Notes: generated by a model not told the origin, from the sequence alone. A DNA stretch of 64,000 nt from Desulfobulbus sp. (GCA_003604995.1 QZJD01000054.1:9692-73691); one strand, 5' to 3'; shown: positions 15,667 to 25,005, counted from the stretch's first letter. Numbers and translations are program-made.

Positions 15667-18240
15667 TCAGATCCGTTCGATTTTGACGCCGGTGAAGCCG
15701 CCGTTGCGCACGTTCGCGCCGCTCAGCCGTTCGATGTCAAAGGGCATCAGGGTGTTGTTGTTGCCGCCGCGCGGCACACCCTTGGCGTAATCCTTGGCGG
15801 CGGTTCGACCATACGCCCAGTGGCCCTGGCCGAAGGCCTTGGCAACCGTGCCGGGCCGCACCCCTTCCCAGAGACGGGCAACACATTCGATGCTGGCCAC
15901 CACCGAGGTAACCCGGATCGGGTCGCCGTCCTTGATGCCCAGTTTGTCGGCATCAACGGGATTGATCTGCAGCGAGTCCTGATGGCCCACGTCGCCGGGA
16001 TCGCAGTGCTTGAATTCATAATACCAGGGCGCATTCTGGCTGCGCCCCTCGCGGTTGAGTCGCGATTTGTAGTCGATGAAGGTGAAGGGGTATTCCTTCG
16101 CGTCGCCATGGCGGAAGGGCGGCTCGTAGTGCGGGACAAAGGCCAGTTCGCCTCGGGCGGTGTAGTTGCAGGCCTCCAGGATTTCGTCCACCGTGGCCTT
16201 GTGCTTTTCGGCGTGACCGGCAAGCGCCTTCTTCAGGGTCTCGCTGTAAAACTCGAACTTGTGGGAGACCGTACCGGTGGTGGTTACCTTCCCGTCCTTT
16301 TCTTCGTCCTTGCCGAATTTGCCGCCCCAGCGTTTCTTGTAGGGCTGGGGGTCGGAGTTCCACATGCCGCGCTTTCGGAATTCCGCCCAGCCGTTGATCT
16401 TGTCGCCGCCCACATCTTTGCCGTTCCACATCTCCTGGGTGTAGAACTTCACAGCATACTCGGTGAATTCCTTCGAGTTGGTCGCCTCCTTGCCGGTTTC
16501 CGGATCCTTGAACTCCTTTTTCAGGTAATCGATCAGGTTGGGGAAGCCGCGTTCCGCCAGCTTTTCGCCGAGCATCCACGGGAATTCGGTTTCATCGTTG
16601 ATCGCGTCCCACATGGGCTTGACCACCGGCTGCAGCAGGGTGCACTGGGCGTAGCGGTTCTGTTTCTGCTTCACCCAGGCGAGCTTTTCGTACTTGGATA
16701 TGGCGCCGGGCAGGACGATGTCCGCATAGTGGGTCATTTCCGCGGCATTGGTGGTGATATGGACGAAGAAGGGGATTTTTTCCATGGCCTTTTCCCACCT
16801 TTCAGCGCCTGAACAGGAGAAGGCGAAGTTGTTCATATAGCCCACCGCCACCTTGATCTCGTAAGGATCGGCGTTCAGGATGCCGGTGGGTACGTTGTTG
16901 GTGACCACGCCGCCGCCCGATTTGCCGGCATTGAGGGCCGGGATGGCCTTGGTGCCGCGCTGGTCGATTTTTTTCATCTTGGCCTGTTTCTTGGCCAGCT
17001 CATCCTGATAGGCATCCACCTTCGGCATCTTGCTGGTTGGCACCTTGTTGGAGGGCAGGGTGCCGCCGACATTGTCAACGCCGCCGACCAGGCCGTTCAG
17101 GGCATTGACCGCCATGGCCGCGTAGCCGCCGCGAACCTGCATGGCCGCGCCCGGCCCCATCCAAACCGCGACGTTGGGCGCGGCCTTGGCCATGCCGCGG
17201 GCTACCCGCTCGATCTGCTCGGCCGGTACTTTGGTGATCTCTGCGGCCTTGGCCGGGGTCATGTCCTTGACCGCGATGTTCCACCACCTGACCACCCCGT
17301 GCGTTTCCTTTTCCTCGAAGGCGGCCTCGTCTACGGTTTCGCCGACCTTGAACAGGTTTTTGCCGTCCTTGAAGTCGCCGACGAATTCCTTGAACCAGAG
17401 CCCCTCGGCCAGGATGACGTGGGCGATGGCCAGGGCCAGGGCGCCGTCGGTGCCGGGCAGTAGCGGCATCCATTCCTGGGCCTTGGCCGCAGTGTTGTTC
17501 AGCTTGGGATCGGCAACCGCCACGGTGGCGTTGTCGAGCACATCGCCCAGGCGCTTGATGGTCGCCGGGATCATCCGGTTGGAGCTGACCGGGTCGCAGC
17601 CCCAGACCAGAAGGTATTTTGAGTTGCTGATATCATAGTCGCGGTAGCCCCACATACCCTCGGTATAATAAGCCCCGAAGTTCTCGGCCTCGGCGCAGAT
17701 GGCGCTGTGGGAGATATTGTTGGGAGAGCCGATGATCTTGGTGGTGGCATCGTAGAGAAGATCCCGCATATACGTATAGCGGCCGCGCAGGAGCAGGTAC
17801 TTTTCGGGTTCGCCGGCCTTCCTGAGCTCCATCACCTTGTCGGCGATGGTATTGAAGGCCTCGTCCCAGGAGATGGGCACGAATTTCGGATCAACGCCGC
17901 GTCCTTTTTTCGGATTGGTACGTTTCATCGGGGTCTTGATCCGATCCGGGTCGTAGAGTTGCTGGAGGGAGAGATGGCCGCGCGGACAGACAAAGCCGTC
18001 GTTCTGCTTGGAATGCCGGTTGCCGCGCACCTTGACCGCCCGTCCGTCCTGGACAAAGACTTCCACCGGGCACCAGGTGGTGCAGCCCTGGCAGGTGGAG
18101 GGCTTCCATTCGCCGGGCAGCTCGCCGACCTCAGCCTTTTTCGCTTCCTCGGCAAAGGCATGCAGTGCCGGTTTTCCCACTGTTGCGGCCGCGCCGGCGG
18201 CGACCGACAGTTTCAAGAAGTCCCTGCGCTTGATTTTCAT
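15667..18240 (-). CDS. Tat-exported molybdopterin oxidoreductase catalytic subunit (DMSO reductase family), ArrA/ArxA-like by motif (tentative)
   Basis: ORF trimmed to ATG 18240 (AGGAGG upstream). Twin-arginine signal MKIKRRDFLKLSVAAGAAATVGKPALHAFA. FS0 motif C-X2-C-X3-C-X27-C (CQGCTTWC...C). Probable Mo-ligand Cys in SHSAICAEAE. The block EGLWFKEFVGDFKDGKNLFKVG...WWN...MTPAKAAEIT resembles the ArrA marker region as I remember it. Confidence 0.85.
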   Translation of the reverse strand: MKIKRRDFLKLSVAAGAAATVGKPALHAFAEEAKKAEVGELPGEWKPSTCQGCTTWCPVEVFVQDGRAVKVRGNRHSKQNDGFVCPRGHLSLQQLYDPDRIKTPMKRTNPKKGRGVDPKFVPISWDEAFNTIADKVMELRKAGEPEKYLLLRGRYTYMRDLLYDATTKIIGSPNNISHSAICAEAENFGAYYTEGMWGYRDYDISNSKYLLVWGCDPVSSNRMIPATIKRLGDVLDNATVAVADPKLNNTAAKAQEWMPLLPGTDGALALAIAHVILAEGLWFKEFVGDFKDGKNLFKVGETVDEAAFEEKETHGVVRWWNIAVKDMTPAKAAEITKVPAEQIERVARGMAKAAPNVAVWMGPGAAMQVRGGYAAMAVNALNGLVGGVDNVGGTLPSNKVPTSKMPKVDAYQDELAKKQAKMKKIDQRGTKAIPALNAGKSGGGVVTNNVPTGILNADPYEIKVAVGYMNNFAFSCSGAERWEKAMEKIPFFVHITTNAAEMTHYADIVLPGAISKYEKLAWVKQKQNRYAQCTLLQPVVKPMWDAINDETEFPWMLGEKLAERGFPNLIDYLKKEFKDPETGKEATNSKEFTEYAVKFYTQEMWNGKDVGGDKINGWAEFRKRGMWNSDPQPYKKRWGGKFGKDEEKDGKVTTTGTVSHKFEFYSETLKKALAGHAEKHKATVDEILEACNYTARGELAFVPHYEPPFRHGDAKEYPFTFIDYKSRLNREGRSQNAPWYYEFKHCDPGDVGHQDSLQINPVDADKLGIKDGDPIRVTSVVASIECVARLWEGVRPGTVAKAFGQGHWAYGRTAAKDYAKGVPRGGNNNTLMPFDIERLSGANVRNGGFTGVKIERI

Positions 18241-18328
18241 GAGCTTCCTCCTGTGCTGAGAGTGGTACGAAGTGGTTATCCAACGATGCACTTCAAGGGT
18301 CAGTTGCAAGACAATCCGTTATCTTCAA

Positions 18329-18343
18329 GCACTATCCGTGCCA
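18329..18343 (-). promoter_or_regulatory. sigma-54 promoter candidate for the Mo-oxidoreductase operon
   Basis: Minus strand reads TGGCAC-GGATA-GTGC(T), one mismatch to TGGCAC-N5-TTGCW. Lies ~90 nt upstream of ATG 18240 and directly downstream of an NtrC-type regulator gene. Confidence 0.5.
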
Positions 18344-18474
18344 GTTCGCGAGATCGGCTTGCAACGGGGTGGCGGAATACATTTTCTATACGTAAAGCCA
18401 ACGAGATGGATGGGTTTGCGGTGCCGGTTGCCCATGCGGTTTTTCCATAAATGTGAAGAGCGTTCGGCGCCGAC

Positions 18475-18492
18475 TGTTACGAAAAAGTAGCA
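18475..18492. promoter_or_regulatory. TGTTAC-N6-GTAGCA inverted repeat, candidate activator site A
   Basis: TGTTACGAAAAAGTAGCA, ~145 bp upstream of the sigma-54 promoter at 18329-18343. Confidence 0.4.
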
Positions 18493-18647
18493 CCGTGGTG
18501 CGGCTTAGGTAGAAAAAAAATCATTAAATCAAGATAATTTAAATACGGATCGGCCTGGTCGAAAAAAGCGTGTCCGCCGTGGCGCAGGATCGTTGCACGT
18601 GGGGAGAGACCAGTCTCCGTCAGGGCGGAGGCCCCGGCACGGAGGAG

Positions 18648-18665
18648 TGTTACATGCATGTAACA
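18648..18665. promoter_or_regulatory. TGTTAC-N6-GTAACA perfect palindrome, candidate activator site B
   Basis: TGTTACATGCATGTAACA, 20 bp perfect with flanks (18647-18666). A weaker half-site, TGTTACCCGACAGGCAAG, lies at 18676. Confidence 0.45.
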
Positions 18666-18726
18666 CTGTTGAGTCTGTTACCCGACAGGCAAGTGGATCA
18701 TTGTGGTATTGTAGACAGGGAAAAAA

Positions 18727-20073
18727 TTATATGTCAAGGCGGTAGTTGTTCATTTTCTCCCACAGGGTCTTGCGGCTGATGCCAAGGATTTCCGCGGCCT
18801 GGGTCCGGTTGCCCTGGGTGACCCTGAGGATGCGCAGAATGTGGGATTTTTCCGCCTCGGCCGCGACCTCGGCCAAGGGGAGGAGACGGGTCCGGGCGGC
18901 CTTGTCCTTAAGGACATGGGGCGGCAGGTCCTTTTGATCAACCACGCCGCCGTCGGCCAGGGTAACGCACCGCTCGACGATATTGATCAGTTCCCGGACA
19001 TTGCCCGGAAAGGAATAGCGGCAGAGTTCGGTCACCGCCCCCCGGGAAAACCTGACCGCCAATCCGTACTGGTCATTGAATTTCCGGACAAACCGGTCGA
19101 TGAGGAGCGGGATGTCATCGTGCCGGTCGCGCAGGGGCGGCAGCTCGATGGGGATGACGTTCAGGCGGTAGTAGAGGTCCTCTCGAAATGCCCCCTTTTT
19201 GATCTCCTTGCCCAGGTCCTTGTTGGTGGCGGCGATGACCCGGACATCGACTTTAAGGGTTTCTGTTCCGCCAAGCCGCTCGAATGCTCGTTCCTCCAGC
19301 ACCCGGAGCAGCTTGGTCTGAGTGAGCGGGGGCAGATCGCCGATTTCGTCGAGAAAGATGGTGCCGGTGTCCGCCATCTCGAAACGGCCCGGCTTGCGGG
19401 CGGCAGCCCCGGTGAAGGCCCCCTTTTCGTAGCCGAACAGCTCGGATTCCAGGAGATTGTCGGGCAGGGCGGCGCAGTTGACCCTGATCAGGGGCTTGTC
19501 CCGGCGGCCGCTTTGGTAGTGGATGGTGGAGGCGATCAGTTCCTTGCCGGTGCCGGACTCCCCGAGAAGGAGCACGGTGGAGTCGGTCCGGCTTACCTTG
19601 TCGAGCAGGGTCAGGACCTGCCACATGGCCCGGCTTTCTCCCACGATGCTCGGAAAGTTGAGGGCCTCCGACAGCTCCTTCTTGAGGCGGATGTTTTCTT
19701 CGGCGAGCCGCCGGGACGCCAGCGCACGCCGGACGACGATGAGCAGCTCGTCCTGGGCGAAGGGCTTGGTGATATAGTCGAAGGCGCCGAGGCGCATGGC
19801 CTCCACCGCGTCGTCGATGGTGCCGTAGGCGGTCATGACGATCACCGGCAGGGAGGGGTTGTCCTGCAAGGCCTTTTTCAGCACGCCGATGCCAGTGACG
19901 TCGGGCAGGCGGACGTCGGTGACCACCAGGGAGAAATCACCCTGGCCCAGGGTCAGGATGCCCGATGCGCCGTCTTCGGCGGTCAGAACCGTGTAGCCTT
20001 CCGCCCGGAGCATGTCGGCAAGGCTGACCCGCATTATTTTTTCGTCTTCGATGATCAGGATGCTGTCATGCAT
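18727..20073 (-). CDS. sigma-54-dependent response regulator (NtrC family)
   Basis: ORF trimmed to ATG 20073 ([12 protein letters not shown]..). Receiver domain, AAA+ domain ([14 protein letters not shown]) and C-terminal Fis-type HTH. Confidence 0.9.
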   Translation of the reverse strand: MHDSILIIEDEKIMRVSLADMLRAEGYTVLTAEDGASGILTLGQGDFSLVVTDVRLPDVTGIGVLKKALQDNPSLPVIVMTAYGTIDDAVEAMRLGAFDYITKPFAQDELLIVVRRALASRRLAEENIRLKKELSEALNFPSIVGESRAMWQVLTLLDKVSRTDSTVLLLGESGTGKELIASTIHYQSGRRDKPLIRVNCAALPDNLLESELFGYEKGAFTGAAARKPGRFEMADTGTIFLDEIGDLPPLTQTKLLRVLEERAFERLGGTETLKVDVRVIAATNKDLGKEIKKGAFREDLYYRLNVIPIELPPLRDRHDDIPLLIDRFVRKFNDQYGLAVRFSRGAVTELCRYSFPGNVRELINIVERCVTLADGGVVDQKDLPPHVLKDKAARTRLLPLAEVAAEAEKSHILRILRVTQGNRTQAAEILGISRKTLWEKMNNYRLDI

Positions 20074-21527
20074 GATGCCTCCGGAAAGACTATCGTAAAG
20101 GTGGCGCCCTCGTTGGCCCGGCTTTCGACGCGGATGTCGCCCTTGTTGCGCTGGACAAGTTCGTAGGTCATCCACAACCCGAGCCCGGTTCCTTCCTCGG
20201 CTTTTTTGCTGGTGTAGAACAGGTCGAACACCTTGCTGATCTCGGACTCGGGAATCCCGACCCCGGTGTCGGCAACGGTGATCACCACATCGTATTTGTC
20301 ACCGCGGGCGGCGACCGTCAGCCGGCCGCCGTCAGGCATGGCCTGGATGGCGTTGATCAGCAGGTTCACCAGGATCTGATTCAGGTCATGGCGGCTCACA
20401 GCCACGAACAGCCCGGCCGGGACGTCGGAGTTGAACACAATTTCCGTTTTTTTGAGACGATAGTCGATGAAGCGGAGAACCGCGGTCAGCACCTCCGCGA
20501 CGTTGGCGCGCGCCTCTTCCCCCCTTCTTTTGCCGGCGGTCCACAGGAGCTGGGAGACGGTCTGTTCGATGCTGGTCACGCCTTCCTGCATGAGATCAAG
20601 GTAACTGGCGCGGAAGACGGGATCGTCACCGCTGCGCCGGAGGATGGCGATACAGTTCTGCAGGCCGCCCAGGGGATTGTTGATCCGGTGCGCCACGCTG
20701 GAGGAAAGGATCCCCAGGGTGGCGAGCTTTTCCGACTGGAGCAGTTTTTCATGGGCCTTTTTCATATCGTCATTGGCCCGGCTGAGGCGGTGGACCATGG
20801 CATTGAAATCTCTGGCCAGCTGGGCCAGCTCGTCATTGCCGGTCACCGGTGCCAGGTGCTGGGGGGTGGCGGAATCGACCCCCCGCATGACCGCCGCCAG
20901 GTCGGTGATCGGGCGGATAAATCGCCTGCTCAACAGAAAGATCAGGACAAAGCCGCAAAAGAGAGCAAGCAGGGCCACCGACCATATTTCGATGAGCATC
21001 CGCCGGACCTCCTGGTTCACATGGCGCAGGCTGACCGCAAAGAGAAAGACCCCCCAGTTTTTGCCGCCGATGGAAAGCGGCGCGGCGAATTCCAGGGCGC
21101 TCTCGCCGGTCTCGCTCGGTTCTATCGGGCGGACAACCACCTCCGAGCCTTCGGCGAACGTAAAGACCTTGTCGCCGTACACCTTGCCGTATTCCTGAAA
21201 ATCGCTGTGGGAAATGACCCGGTGGTTTTCATCGAGCACCGCCAGGTAGAGATAGTCAAGCTCCCTGCGCTTGAACAGCTCTTGCAGGTAGTTGTCGATC
21301 AGGCCCCCTTCCTCCACCAGGCCAAGTTTTTCATAGATCAGCTCGTTGATGATCAGGGCCGCCACGGTCTGGGCCAGGACCTTTCCCTGTTTTTCCGTGG
21401 CGTCATGGAGGACGGTGCGGTTGCGGGAGGCGGCGAGAAAGCCGAAAATGGTCGTGAACAGCAGGATCGCCACCGAGGCGATGGTGATGAATTTCCACTG
21501 CAAGGGCAGATAACCGGGCACGTTCAT
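20055..21527 (-). CDS. membrane sensor histidine kinase (periplasmic domain, HAMP, HisKA, HATPase)
   Basis: Two TM segments, a HAMP domain, H-box SSVAHRINNPLGG, and G-boxes DTGVGIP / GTGLGLW. Confidence 0.9.
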   Translation of the reverse strand: MNVPGYLPLQWKFITIASVAILLFTTIFGFLAASRNRTVLHDATEKQGKVLAQTVAALIINELIYEKLGLVEEGGLIDNYLQELFKRRELDYLYLAVLDENHRVISHSDFQEYGKVYGDKVFTFAEGSEVVVRPIEPSETGESALEFAAPLSIGGKNWGVFLFAVSLRHVNQEVRRMLIEIWSVALLALFCGFVLIFLLSRRFIRPITDLAAVMRGVDSATPQHLAPVTGNDELAQLARDFNAMVHRLSRANDDMKKAHEKLLQSEKLATLGILSSSVAHRINNPLGGLQNCIAILRRSGDDPVFRASYLDLMQEGVTSIEQTVSQLLWTAGKRRGEEARANVAEVLTAVLRFIDYRLKKTEIVFNSDVPAGLFVAVSRHDLNQILVNLLINAIQAMPDGGRLTVAARGDKYDVVITVADTGVGIPESEISKVFDLFYTSKKAEEGTGLGLWMTYELVQRNKGDIRVESRANEGATFTIVFPEASCMTAS

Positions 21528-21528
21528 G

Positions 21529-23271
21529 TCAAAACGAGGTCTTTGGATGACAACCCATGCCGCAGCTGACCGGCACGTCGTTGATCATTTTGCGGATGCC
21601 CCGGTAATCGGCGTCCGAGGCGGGGATGAAGCCGCCCTGCATGTCCGGGTCGAGCTGGCGCAGGACCTCATTGCCCTTTTCGTCGGACTCCATGGCAAGA
21701 AGGGCGTCCTGGACTTTTTTGACCACGGCATAGGGGGTGTGCGGCGAGACAACAATCGGCCCGGTGGGTATGGGGTCCGAGGCGGCGATGATCCGCAGGC
21801 CGAAGGGCAGGTAGCGCTGGGCGACGGACTGGCGGATGCCTCCGGCATCGTATTCGCCGCTGAGCACCTTCTTGACCACGGTTTCGTGATAGCTGTAGTT
21901 GGTGTAGCGTTCAAGTTTGTCCAGATGAATTCCGCTCCAGGCCAGCATGGAACGGGGGATCAGGTTGCCGGAGGTTGACCAGACGGAGGCGAAGGCCATT
22001 TTTTTGCCGTGGAGTTCGGCGACCTTTTGAAAGGGCTTATCCGGGGCGGTTACGATGACGCTGTAATAGAAGGGTTCGCCCTCCGCGGTCTTGCTTTTCA
22101 CGATGGGCGGGGTGCCGAAGCGGTTGAAGGCATCAAGATAGGTGAGTGGTCCCAGCAGGGCGAAATCCGTTTCGCCGGAGCCAAGCCCGGAGACCGTCTG
22201 CTCGTAGGTGTTATTCAGCAGGAGTTCCAGGCGTAGACCGGTTTCGGTGGCCAGGTAATCCAGGAGCGGTTGATATTTTTCATAGGCGATTCGCGGATTG
22301 TCCCGGGGAATGACCCCAAAGTGGAAAATGCTTTCCTGCTCCGCGGTCGGGGTCGCTATGCTCCCCTCCCGGACGACGCCCTGTTGCGCGAGAAAATCGC
22401 GCATCTCCCGGACCAGGTCGTAGTTGCTGTCCGGCACCACGACAAACTGGTCGATGCGCATGGCGGAGAGAATCTTTTTTCCCTCCGGATCAAGGTGCAT
22501 GGCAAGGAGAATTTCTCTGATTTTGTTCTTGAGAAAAACCGGCAGGCCGGGCGGCACGACCACCGGCGGAATCCCGAACTCGGGGGAACGGTGGATGATC
22601 TTGACCTGCTTGGCATAGGGTGAGTCCTCGGCCAACATGTACGCGTAGACCGCGGAATCGACGGCCGCGGCGTCGGCTTTTTTCTTGGCCACCATCTCCA
22701 CCGACTTGTTGTGGCTGTAGCTGAAGAAATAGCGTTCGAAAAAGCGGTCAGGCTCCCAGCCGTTCCGGGCGAGCAGGTAGAGGGGATATTGTCGTCCGGT
22801 ATTGGACTTCGGATCGACAAAGGCAAAGGTTTTGCCGGCAAGATCCTCGATGGCGGCGATACTGCCGTCCTGGTGGACGATGATGTACGACTGATAGGTC
22901 GTTTTGCCGTCCACCACCGGGGCTACGAGCAATTCCACGCCGAAGGCGTCCTTATCCTCCACGTAGGGGGCGGTGCAGATGAAGGCAAGGTCGACCTGCT
23001 GCTGGGCAAGCATCCGGTCGATCTCGTCATAGGTGGTGCGATGGACCATCTCCGCCGGGGTCTCCAGCTTGGCCGCCAGATAGTCGACGATCTGCTGATA
23101 GTAGCGGACCGCGCTGACCGGGGTCACCATGCTGGCCACGCCGACGCGGAGAGGTTTAACCTGGGAGGCGCCCGTCGCCGGGGGCCAAGGGATGAGGAAG
23201 GCCAGGAGCATGAAGATGAGGAAGCCGGCCTTCCCGCCGGCGAATGATGGGAGCTTTTTGGGTATCTGCAT
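21529..23271 (-). CDS. periplasmic protein with two tandem PhnD-like (phosphonate-type) substrate-binding domains
   Basis: ORF trimmed to ATG 23271 (signal peptide MQIPKKLPSFAGGKAGFLIFMLLAFLIPWPPATGA). Two repeats of the PhnD-like pattern (LRVGVASMVTP..YYQQIVDYLAAKL..VDLAFI and FHFGVIPRDNP..YQPLLDYLATETG..TDFALL). The C-terminus ends VSCGMGCHPKTSF. Confidence 0.8.
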   Translation of the reverse strand: MQIPKKLPSFAGGKAGFLIFMLLAFLIPWPPATGASQVKPLRVGVASMVTPVSAVRYYQQIVDYLAAKLETPAEMVHRTTYDEIDRMLAQQQVDLAFICTAPYVEDKDAFGVELLVAPVVDGKTTYQSYIIVHQDGSIAAIEDLAGKTFAFVDPKSNTGRQYPLYLLARNGWEPDRFFERYFFSYSHNKSVEMVAKKKADAAAVDSAVYAYMLAEDSPYAKQVKIIHRSPEFGIPPVVVPPGLPVFLKNKIREILLAMHLDPEGKKILSAMRIDQFVVVPDSNYDLVREMRDFLAQQGVVREGSIATPTAEQESIFHFGVIPRDNPRIAYEKYQPLLDYLATETGLRLELLLNNTYEQTVSGLGSGETDFALLGPLTYLDAFNRFGTPPIVKSKTAEGEPFYYSVIVTAPDKPFQKVAELHGKKMAFASVWSTSGNLIPRSMLAWSGIHLDKLERYTNYSYHETVVKKVLSGEYDAGGIRQSVAQRYLPFGLRIIAASDPIPTGPIVVSPHTPYAVVKKVQDALLAMESDEKGNEVLRQLDPDMQGGFIPASDADYRGIRKMINDVPVSCGMGCHPKTSF

Positions 23272-23364
23272 AATACCGAGTAGTGTTGCAAATTGCAGGC
23301 CACAGTTCAATTCCCCCTGAATACGGGAGGATGGCCTGGTAAGGGGCGATCCCGGTCGGCAAAG

Positions 23365-23382
23365 TGTTACAAAAAGGTAACG
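23365..23382. promoter_or_regulatory. TGTTAC-N6-GTAACG inverted repeat, candidate activator site D
   Basis: TGTTACAAAAAGGTAACG, ~100 bp upstream of the PhnD-like gene start. Same motif as sites A and B. Confidence 0.4.
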
Positions 23383-23649
23383 CATTGCCGGCCGCGGCGC
23401 AAGGGGAAAACCTCCACCGTGGTACTTCGGAATACTATTATGGCGGCGGTGACATTTTCGTTATCCCTTGTCAATCCCGCTCCCAGCCGGTAGCATAATG
23501 GCCATGCAGGAGATTTTAAGGAACGGGCAAGGCGGCGTGCCGGCGCGGACAGCCTGTCGGCCGCGGCATTTCCCTTTCTAAAGAAGGAGCACCCGCGGAG
23601 AGGCGTTCCAAGGGATGGTTTGAATTCAGACGGTTGGAAAGGAAGCGGC

Positions 23650-24756
23650 ATGCCGATCACTGACCCTTTGTTGCTGGCATCGGTCGTTCTGTTACTCGGG
23701 GTTATCCTCGGCATTGCGCTCTTTCGCGGCGATTACTGCATGGTGGCCATGCTGCGGGATTTCTTTCTGATCCGCGACACGACCCTGCTGCGTTCCTACG
23801 CGATCTATTTCGTCATGGCTTCGGCCCTTTTTCATCTTGGCGGCCTGGCCGGGCTGATCCCGTTTTTGCCGCCGCCGACCCTGCAACCGCCCTCGCTGCC
23901 GACCCTGGCCGGCGGTTTCCTTTTCGGCGTCGGAATGGTCCTGGCCGGCGGTTGCGTGGTCGGCACCCTCTACAAGATGGCCGCCGGCAACCTGACCAAC
24001 TGGATCGGCTTCGGCGGTATCCTCGCCGGCAGTCTGCTCTACGCAGAGGTGCATCCCTGGATACGCCGCATCGCCGAGAAGACAACCTTTATCGAGGCGC
24101 TCACCGTGGGCCAGGGACATCCCCTTTCCCAGACCCTCCTCCTTGCAATCCTTCTGGCCGGCGGGGGGATGATGATCGGCCGATGGCTCCGGCGCGGCGA
24201 ACTTACGGTCACCGCCTATGCCAGGGGCTATCTTCAGCCCTGGCGGGTCGCGGTCATCCTGGCCCTGGTTAATTTCTGCTACTATGCCCTGACCGGTTCA
24301 CCCATGGGGGTGACCACCGCCTTTGCCAAGATTGCCGCCTACCTCGAACAGCTCGTCCTGCCCGGTCATGTCGCCGCTCTTTCCTATTTTCAGGAAGATT
24401 CCGTCGTCTTCCGGGTTGGAGGGAGCTTGCTCAGCGGAGGCGCCGGGCCGCGGCTCGATTATATCAGCGTCACCGAGCTGGCCCTGGTGGCAGGGATATT
24501 TCTGGGTGCGCTGGCTGGCGCGCTCTATTACCGAGAATTCAGGATATACGGCCTGCCTCCCTGGCGACAAGGGAGCGCCGCCTTGTTGGGCGGCATGTTG
24601 CTGGCCTTCGGGGCGAGGTTGGCCTCGGGCTGCAACGTCAAGTTTTTCCTCGGGGCGCTGCCGCTGCTGTCCTGGCAGGGTATATTTTTTACCGGATCCA
24701 CGCTGGTTGGGGTTGCCTTGGGGACAAAGATACTGATACGCTATATTGTGAGGTGA
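23650..24756 (+). CDS. YeeE/YedE-family sulfur-compound (thiosulfate-type) transporter
   Basis: ORF trimmed to ATG 23650 (AAGGAAG upstream). Polytopic membrane protein with duplicated sulfur-transport halves, each carrying a conserved Cys loop (LAGGCVVGTLYK and ASGCNVKFF). Confidence 0.85.
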   Translation: MPITDPLLLASVVLLLGVILGIALFRGDYCMVAMLRDFFLIRDTTLLRSYAIYFVMASALFHLGGLAGLIPFLPPPTLQPPSLPTLAGGFLFGVGMVLAGGCVVGTLYKMAAGNLTNWIGFGGILAGSLLYAEVHPWIRRIAEKTTFIEALTVGQGHPLSQTLLLAILLAGGGMMIGRWLRRGELTVTAYARGYLQPWRVAVILALVNFCYYALTGSPMGVTTAFAKIAAYLEQLVLPGHVAALSYFQEDSVVFRVGGSLLSGGAGPRLDYISVTELALVAGIFLGALAGALYYREFRIYGLPPWRQGSAALLGGMLLAFGARLASGCNVKFFLGALPLLSWQGIFFTGSTLVGVALGTKILIRYIVR

Positions 24757-24759
24757 GGC

Positions 24760-25005
24760 ATGGTGGATGTGCAAAAAATCGAACTGGATATTCTCGGACA
24801 GGTCTGCCCGGCCTGCCTGCTGGTGGTGCTGCGGGAAATGAACACCCATCGCAAACGGCTCAAGAGCGGCGAGGCGCAACTGGTCATCAAGACCGATCAC
24901 CGGGATACCACCCGCACCATTCCGGAATCGGCGCGCAAAATGGGGTATGATGTCGAGGTGAGGAATCTGGAAGGCTATTATGAAATCACCATCGGGCAAA
25001 GGTGA
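24760..25005 (+). CDS. TusA/YeeD-like sulfur-carrier protein with an atypical CPAC motif
   Basis: 81 aa. LDILGQVCPACLLVVLREM occupies the position of the TusA CPxP motif. Lies 4 nt downstream of the YeeE-like gene. Confidence 0.75.
   Translation: MVDVQKIELDILGQVCPACLLVVLREMNTHRKRLKSGEAQLVIKTDHRDTTRTIPESARKMGYDVEVRNLEGYYEITIGQR

Noticed and set aside
23286-23302. Sigma-54-like sequence TGGCCT-GCAAT-TTGCA (minus strand) upstream of the PhnD-like gene.
   Set aside because: The -12 element is good and a TGTTAC-type site lies ~70 bp upstream. However, the -24 element has two mismatches, and the element ends only ~15 nt before the best start codon (23271), leaving no room for a leader or Shine-Dalgarno. 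It remains a possibility only and is not listed as a feature.
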